Source: Candidatus Poseidoniaceae archaeon (lineage in GTDB: Archaea; Thermoplasmatota; Poseidoniia; Poseidoniales; Poseidoniaceae). Taken from it: DNA of 32,000 bases. This document shows positions 27,109-32,000 of the stretch, in pieces. The stretch covers positions 120,001 through 152,000 of the forward strand of contig CALSTM010000002.1 of assembly GCA_943789275.1 (NCBI GenBank), written 5' to 3'. The notes beneath the pieces were generated by a model. It ran no database searches. It was not told where the DNA came from and worked only from the letters and a program-made list of their open reading frames with translations. The number at the start of each line of letters is the position of its first letter. Position 1 is the stretch's first letter. The position numbers were made by a program, and so were the translations under genes.

Positions 27109-28119
27109 ATGGTAGAAATGAACATGATAAAAGCACTGAACTCCGCACTTGAAGTTCAACTGACCAAAGACAAGAACGTCGTGATCTTTGGCGAGGATGT
27201 CGGGTTTTTCGGCGGCGTATTCCGAGTCACGGATGGATTGCAAGAGAAATTCGGAGAACACAGAGTCTTCGACTCACCGCTCGCTGAAGGCGGCATCGCT
27301 GCGATTGCAATGGGTATGGGCCTCAACGGTTTGCGACCTGTTGCTGAAATTCAATTTGCGGACTACATCTTCCCGGCATACGACCAAATCGTCAATGAAA
27401 TTGCCAAAGTTCGCCATCGCTCAGGTGGAGAATTTACTGCACCGCTCACGTTCCGCACACCTGCCGGTGGTGGAATTAAAGGTGGACATCACCATTCACA
27501 ATCACCTGAAGCACAATTCACACATACACCCGGTCTCAAGGTTGTTTACTGCTCAAATCCATACAATGCGAAGGGGTTGCTTACCGCAGCCATTGAGTGC
27601 AACGACCCGGTCATTTTCTTTGAACCAAAGCGATGCTACCGAGGCCCGTTTTACGGCGACCCGCACAACGTCCCGACATGGGCTGGACACCCCGACAGCG
27701 ATGTGCCTGAAGAACACTTCACCGTTCCACTTGAACAAGCGCGTATCGTTCGCGAAGGCAGCGCTTGCACCGTCATTGCATGGGGTACAATGGTTCACGT
27801 GAGTGAACAAGCCATCAAGGATTCTGGAATCGATTGCGAATTAATCGACTTGCAAACTTTGGTCCCTTGGGACAGAGATACGGTTGTCAATTCAATCAAG
27901 AAGACGGGTCGATGCGTCATCGTTCACGAAGCTCCAAAGACCAGCGGATTCGGTGCTGAAATGAGTGCATCGATTCAAGAACGCTGCTTCTACCATTTGG
28001 AGGCGCCAATTACTCGAGTGACCGGATGGGACACACCCTTCCCTCACACAACAGAATGGGATTACATCCCAAGTCCAGCGCGAATCGCTGAAGCAATAAA
28101 GAAAACACAGGAGGAATAA
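27109..28119 (+). CDS. 2-oxoacid dehydrogenase E1 component, beta subunit
   Basis: 336 aa. VVIFGEDVGFFGGVFRVTDGLQEKFGEHRVFDSPLAEGGI, EIQFADYIFPAYDQIVNE and FEPKRCYRG are present. The start follows GAGGTG, which overlaps the E1alpha stop. Confidence 0.92.
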   Translation: MVEMNMIKALNSALEVQLTKDKNVVIFGEDVGFFGGVFRVTDGLQEKFGEHRVFDSPLAEGGIAAIAMGMGLNGLRPVAEIQFADYIFPAYDQIVNEIAKVRHRSGGEFTAPLTFRTPAGGGIKGGHHHSQSPEAQFTHTPGLKVVYCSNPYNAKGLLTAAIECNDPVIFFEPKRCYRGPFYGDPHNVPTWAGHPDSDVPEEHFTVPLEQARIVREGSACTVIAWGTMVHVSEQAIKDSGIDCELIDLQTLVPWDRDTVVNSIKKTGRCVIVHEAPKTSGFGAEMSASIQERCFYHLEAPITRVTGWDTPFPHTTEWDYIPSPARIAEAIKKTQEE

Positions 28120-28121
28120 AT

Positions 28122-29408
28122 ATGGGAACATTTGCATTTAAAATGCCAGATATCGGAGAAGGCGTCGTCGAAGGCGAAGTCGTAGAATGGATGGTCGCTG
28201 TCGGAGACAGCGTCAAAGAAGACGACCCAATTCTTTCGGTAATGACCGATAAAGCAACTGTAGAAATCCCATCGCCTGTTGACGGTAAAGTCACCAAAGT
28301 GATCGGAGAAGCCGGCGATATTCTACCTGTAGGCGTCGTCTGCATCGAATTCGAAGTTGAAGGTGACGGAAACGCTTCATCCACCGATGCTGCACCAGAA
28401 CCTGAGGCTGCTCCGGCTCCAGAGCCAAAAGCAGAACCAAAACCTGCTCCAACTCCTGAACCTGCTGCTGCCCCAACACCTGCCCCTGCACCATCACCTG
28501 CAGCGGCCGTTGCACGAGCGCCAGGAACCAAGGCATTGGCAAGTCCAGCAGTACGTCAGAGAGCGCGTCAAGCCAACATCGACCTCAACTTCGTTGCTGG
28601 GTCCGGACCTGCTGGCCGTATCAGTCATGCTGACCTCGATGCTCACATTGCAGGCGGGGCAAGTGGCGCAAGCAGTACACGTCCAATGGGCGCTTCTGCC
28701 CGAGTTGAAAAGAACGGAACCGAAGACATCAAAGTTATCGGATTGCGAAGAAAGATTGCTGAAGGCATGATTTCTTCGTACACAACCATTCCACACTTTT
28801 CATACTTCGAAGAAGTTGATGTCACTGCGCTTGAAGAACTGCGACAGCATCTCAACGCTACCCGGCCTGAAGGTGCACCGAAACTCACCTATCTGCCCTT
28901 CATCATGCAAGCACTTGTCAAAGCACTCGAGGAACGACCAGAGTGCAACGCTCTTTACGATGACGACTCAAACGTCGTCACTCGACATGAAGCCATCAAC
29001 CTCGGTATTGCAACTCAAACCGACCGGGGCTTGTTTGTCCCTGTCGTCAAGCATGTCGAAGCCATGGACATATGGCAATCCGCTACGGAAATGACTCGAG
29101 TCACCAGCGCAACCCGTGATGGAAAAGCGACTGCAGATGACTTATCAGGTTCAACATTCACCATTACAAGTCTTGGACGGCTCGGTGGATTAGGAGCAAC
29201 ACCAATCATCAACAAGCCAGAAGTGGGTATCCTCGGCGTTCACAACGCTAAAGACCGTGCAGTCGTCAAGGACGGAAACATTGTCATTCGTAGAATCATG
29301 AACCTCTCGTCCTCTTGGGACCACCGAGTTGTTGATGGCCACGATGGTGCAAGCCTTGTCCAACTGGTCAAGTCGTACCTTGAACATCCAGCAACCATCT
29401 TCATGTGA
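28122..29408 (+). CDS. dihydrolipoamide acyltransferase (E2) with one lipoyl domain, Pro/Ala linker, E1/E3-binding domain and catalytic domain
   Basis: The lipoyl-lysine motif is SVMTDKATVEIPSP. The PA-rich linker is PEPEAAPAPEPKAEPKPAPTPEP... . The subunit-binding domain carries ALASPAVRQRARQANIDL. The catalytic motif is SSWDHRVVDG. The start lies 2 nt after the E1beta stop, with GGAGG 8 nt upstream. Confidence 0.93.
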   Translation: MGTFAFKMPDIGEGVVEGEVVEWMVAVGDSVKEDDPILSVMTDKATVEIPSPVDGKVTKVIGEAGDILPVGVVCIEFEVEGDGNASSTDAAPEPEAAPAPEPKAEPKPAPTPEPAAAPTPAPAPSPAAAVARAPGTKALASPAVRQRARQANIDLNFVAGSGPAGRISHADLDAHIAGGASGASSTRPMGASARVEKNGTEDIKVIGLRRKIAEGMISSYTTIPHFSYFEEVDVTALEELRQHLNATRPEGAPKLTYLPFIMQALVKALEERPECNALYDDDSNVVTRHEAINLGIATQTDRGLFVPVVKHVEAMDIWQSATEMTRVTSATRDGKATADDLSGSTFTITSLGRLGGLGATPIINKPEVGILGVHNAKDRAVVKDGNIVIRRIMNLSSSWDHRVVDGHDGASLVQLVKSYLEHPATIFM

Positions 29409-29418
29409 GGCGCTTTTC

Positions 29419-30849
29419 ATGCAAACGAAAAAATGTCAAGTTCTTGTTATCGGAGCCGGCCCTGGAGGCTATGTCGCAGCAATTCGCGCTGGGCAACTTG
29501 GGCTCTCAACCATCATTGTCGAAGGTGAGAAAGCGGGTGGCACATGCCTTATTCGAGGATGTATTCCCTCAAAGGCTCTCATTCACGCAGCTCACAAGTT
29601 CCACAGCCTATCCAAGCATGAATCCAATGACGGGCATATGGGAATCTCAATACCAGGCCCTGCTGAACTTAACATGGCCAACTTGGTTGGCTGGAAGGAA
29701 GGCATTGTCACCCGTTTGAACAAAGGTGTAGAACACCTTCTGAAGAACGCTGGTGCAGAACTCATCATTGGATGGGCTGAATTCCAAGACGCTAAAACCG
29801 TCAAGGTCGGTGAAGGAAAAGATGCAACAATCATACAAGCAGAACATGTGATTCTTGCGAATGGTTCGGTCCCGATCGAACTCCCGTTCATGCCGTACTC
29901 AGAAAACGTCATCTCTTCACGAGAAGCATTGTCGCTTGAAGAATTACCACAACATGTAGCCATCGTTGGAGGAGGATACATCGGCCTTGAACTAGGAATC
30001 ACCTTCCGAATGCTCGGCTCTGAAGTGACCGTCGTTGAAGCAATGGACAGCGTTCTACCAATTTTTGACAAAGAACTTCGAAGACCGTTGGAAATTGCCA
30101 TCAAGAAGCAAAAAATCAAGACGCACCTCGGTGTTTTTGCTAAAGGTGTTGAAACGACCAAAGACGGAAGATGTAAACTCAATTTCATCGACAAGAACGA
30201 GAAGGACGAGAAGAAAATGCAAAACGTCGTTGTCGACAAAGTTCTGGTCACTGTTGGACGCAAACCGAATTCAGCAGCACTTGCACCGACCGGTGTAGCA
30301 CTCGATGAACGTGGTTTTGTCAAGGTCAACGACCGATGTGAAACCAACATGCGTGGAGTCTATGCCATTGGCGATGTCTGCGATTCTGGCGAAATGCTTG
30401 CACACGTAGCATCGTTCCAGGGTGAAATGGTAGCGGAAATTATTGCGGGCCACAAGCGTGCATACGACCCCGTTGCCGTTCCTGCAATTGTCTTTACCGA
30501 ACCAGAGATTGTATCGGTCGGACTCTCACCAGAAGAAGCCAAGGCTGCAGGTCATCCAGTAATCACTGGAAAGTTTCCACTCGGTGCCAACGGCCGTGCT
30601 CTTACCCAAGAGGCTGAGAAAACTGCTGGATTTATCCGAGTCTGTGCTCGTGAAGATGATCACCGAATCCTTGGAATCCAGGGCGTTGGAACGCACATCA
30701 GTGAATTGGTTGGTGAATGGACCCTTGCACTTGAGATGGGGGCGTTACTCGAAGACATTGCTGGTACAATTCATGCTCACCCAACCATGACGGAAATGAC
30801 CCATGAAGGTGTGCTTGCAACACTCGGTCATGCCATTCACTCAGCTTGA
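29419..30849 (+). CDS. lpdA: dihydrolipoamide dehydrogenase (E3)
   Basis: The track ORF begins at 29329 inside E2. ATG 29419 gives MQTKKCQVLVIGAGPGGYVAAIRAGQLG, placing the FAD GxGxxG motif at the N-terminus. The redox disulfide is GGTCLIRGCIPSK, the NAD site is VAIVGGGYIGLE, and the C-terminal motif is HAHPT. Confidence 0.93.
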   Translation: MQTKKCQVLVIGAGPGGYVAAIRAGQLGLSTIIVEGEKAGGTCLIRGCIPSKALIHAAHKFHSLSKHESNDGHMGISIPGPAELNMANLVGWKEGIVTRLNKGVEHLLKNAGAELIIGWAEFQDAKTVKVGEGKDATIIQAEHVILANGSVPIELPFMPYSENVISSREALSLEELPQHVAIVGGGYIGLELGITFRMLGSEVTVVEAMDSVLPIFDKELRRPLEIAIKKQKIKTHLGVFAKGVETTKDGRCKLNFIDKNEKDEKKMQNVVVDKVLVTVGRKPNSAALAPTGVALDERGFVKVNDRCETNMRGVYAIGDVCDSGEMLAHVASFQGEMVAEIIAGHKRAYDPVAVPAIVFTEPEIVSVGLSPEEAKAAGHPVITGKFPLGANGRALTQEAEKTAGFIRVCAREDDHRILGIQGVGTHISELVGEWTLALEMGALLEDIAGTIHAHPTMTEMTHEGVLATLGHAIHSA

Positions 30850-30982
30850 GTGAAAAGGTGCCTACGAGCAAGGAAAAGAAGCGTGAGACTAAGCAACGCA
30901 CTCAGGGCCTTACCCGTAGGGCTTGAAACCCCCGAGTAAGTTCTTACTTATTCGAGACTGTATAAAGTTCAACCAACTGTAA

Positions 30983-32000
30983 TCATGAACCGCAACTTAG
31001 GCAGTCATCAGGAGTATCAAGTGAACAAGCAATTGCTTCAAGACTCGAGATGTCTTCAGCACGCTCTGCAAGTCCACCAACTGTTTGGTCTTCAGACTTC
31101 TTGGCTTCAACAGTGAATTGAATTGCATCTGCTGCTGCCTTCGTTCGCAGATAGTACATTCCTGTTTTCAGTCCCTGCTTCCAGCCGTAAAAGTGCATGG
31201 AAGTGACCTTTGCCGGGTTTGCATCCACCATGTGAATGTTCAGTGATTGGCTTTGGTCGACGTACGCTCCACGGTCGGCTGACATGTCAAGGACGTGACG
31301 TTGCTTGATTTCCCAAGTGGTTTTGTACAAATCTTTGATTGAATCGGGGATTCCTGAAATGTTTTGAATCGAGCCCTTGTGACGAAGGATTTCGTCTTTC
31401 ATTTCAATTCCCCAAAGACCGAGTTCAATGAGGTCACGAACCAAGTGCTTGTTGAGAACAATGAACTCACCTGAAAGTGTTCGTCGAACATAGAGGTTCG
31501 AAGTGAAGGCTTCGAAACATTCGTTATTACCCAAAATCTGAGAGGTTGAGGCAGTAGGCATTGGTGCAACAAGCAGAGAGTTGCGCATTCCATTATCAAT
31601 AATTTCTTGCTTCAAAGAAGTCCAATCCCAACGGCCGCTGTGATCGTTCATTCCCCAAAGGTCGAATTGCAGTTCACCACGGCTTGCAGGTGAGCCTTCA
31701 AAGGTCGAGTAAGGACCTTCAGCAATCGCTGCATCTTTGGAAGCGGTACAAGCTGCAAAGTAAATGGTTTCAAAAATTTCTTTGTTGAGTTTTCGTGCTT
31801 CAGGACTTTCGAAAGGCAACTTGAGGAGAGCAAATGTATCTGCAAGACCCTGTACACCAAGACCGATTGGCCGATGGCGCATGTTCGAGTTTCGAGCTTC
31901 TTCGACAGGATAGAAGTTGACATCAATGACACGGTTCAAATTCCCAGTAGCGTGATACGTCACATCGTACAGAAGTTGGTGATTGAACGATTGGTTCTCA
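30983..32000 (-). CDS. nrdA: class I ribonucleotide reductase large (alpha) subunit, eukaryote RRM1-like; C-terminal ~339 aa only, N-terminus lies beyond the window
   Basis: The frame is open to the window edge, and the track Met at 31963 is internal. The sequence is collinear by eye with human RRM1. Matching segments are NLNRVIDVNFYPVEEA..RHRPIGLGVQGLAD, APMPTASTSQILGNNECFE, SGEF, DQSQSLNIH, SMHFYGWKQGLKTGMYYLRT, and a C-terminal CxxC tail (CLSCGS). Confidence 0.9.
   Translation of the reverse strand, partial: ENQSFNHQLLYDVTYHATGNLNRVIDVNFYPVEEARNSNMRHRPIGLGVQGLADTFALLKLPFESPEARKLNKEIFETIYFAACTASKDAAIAEGPYSTFEGSPASRGELQFDLWGMNDHSGRWDWTSLKQEIIDNGMRNSLLVAPMPTASTSQILGNNECFEAFTSNLYVRRTLSGEFIVLNKHLVRDLIELGLWGIEMKDEILRHKGSIQNISGIPDSIKDLYKTTWEIKQRHVLDMSADRGAYVDQSQSLNIHMVDANPAKVTSMHFYGWKQGLKTGMYYLRTKAAADAIQFTVEAKKSEDQTVGGLAERAEDISSLEAIACSLDTPDDCLSCGS

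Noticed and set aside
28010-28531. 173-aa Ala/Gly-rich minus-strand ORF and other ORFs overlapping the E2 gene
   Set aside because: It is antisense to the Pro/Ala-rich interdomain linker of E2. The GC-rich low-complexity DNA is open in several frames, whereas E2 carries its lipoyl, binding and catalytic motifs in the plus frame.

Overview
The window looks like part of an archaeal chromosome. The taxon is an inference from an XPD/Rad3 helicase, a class II tRNA-Leu with no encoded CCA, acidic proteins, GAGG-type ribosome-binding sites and very large surface proteins, a mix reminiscent of marine planktonic Euryarchaeota; it is not proven. About half of the 32 kb encodes three very large, membrane-anchored, probably calcium-binding and glycosylated surface proteins. 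The first is ~1380 aa (674-4825, +) with two PPC-like domains and two in-frame tandem repeat arrays. The second is 985 aa (20742-23699, -) with beta-sandwich repeats. The third is ~3000 aa (11577-20588, -) with a transglutaminase-like core and a DUF4129-like cytoplasmic tail. The rest is mostly housekeeping: a biotinyl-domain gene end, a SixA-like phosphatase, a peroxiredoxin-like protein, gdhA, an SDR, tRNA-Leu(UAA), a tightly coupled lipA-E1alpha-E1beta-E2-E3 2-oxoacid dehydrogenase operon, and the C-terminal part of a eukaryote-like class I ribonucleotide reductase large subunit. A small accessory-looking stretch (7383-11402) holds a TerB-like protein, a ribbon-helix-helix regulator, an unexplained GC-rich self-complementary 350-nt segment, the XPD helicase and an alpha-crystallin-like protein. 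The most interesting items are three. The giant transglutaminase-like protein lacks the catalytic His. It forms a tRNA-flanked two-gene surface module with the 985-aa protein. The 8415-8767 segment could be a structured RNA or a small basic protein. No CRISPR array, transposase, integrase or recognisable defence gene was seen. All family assignments come from motifs read by eye in the translations; no searches were run.
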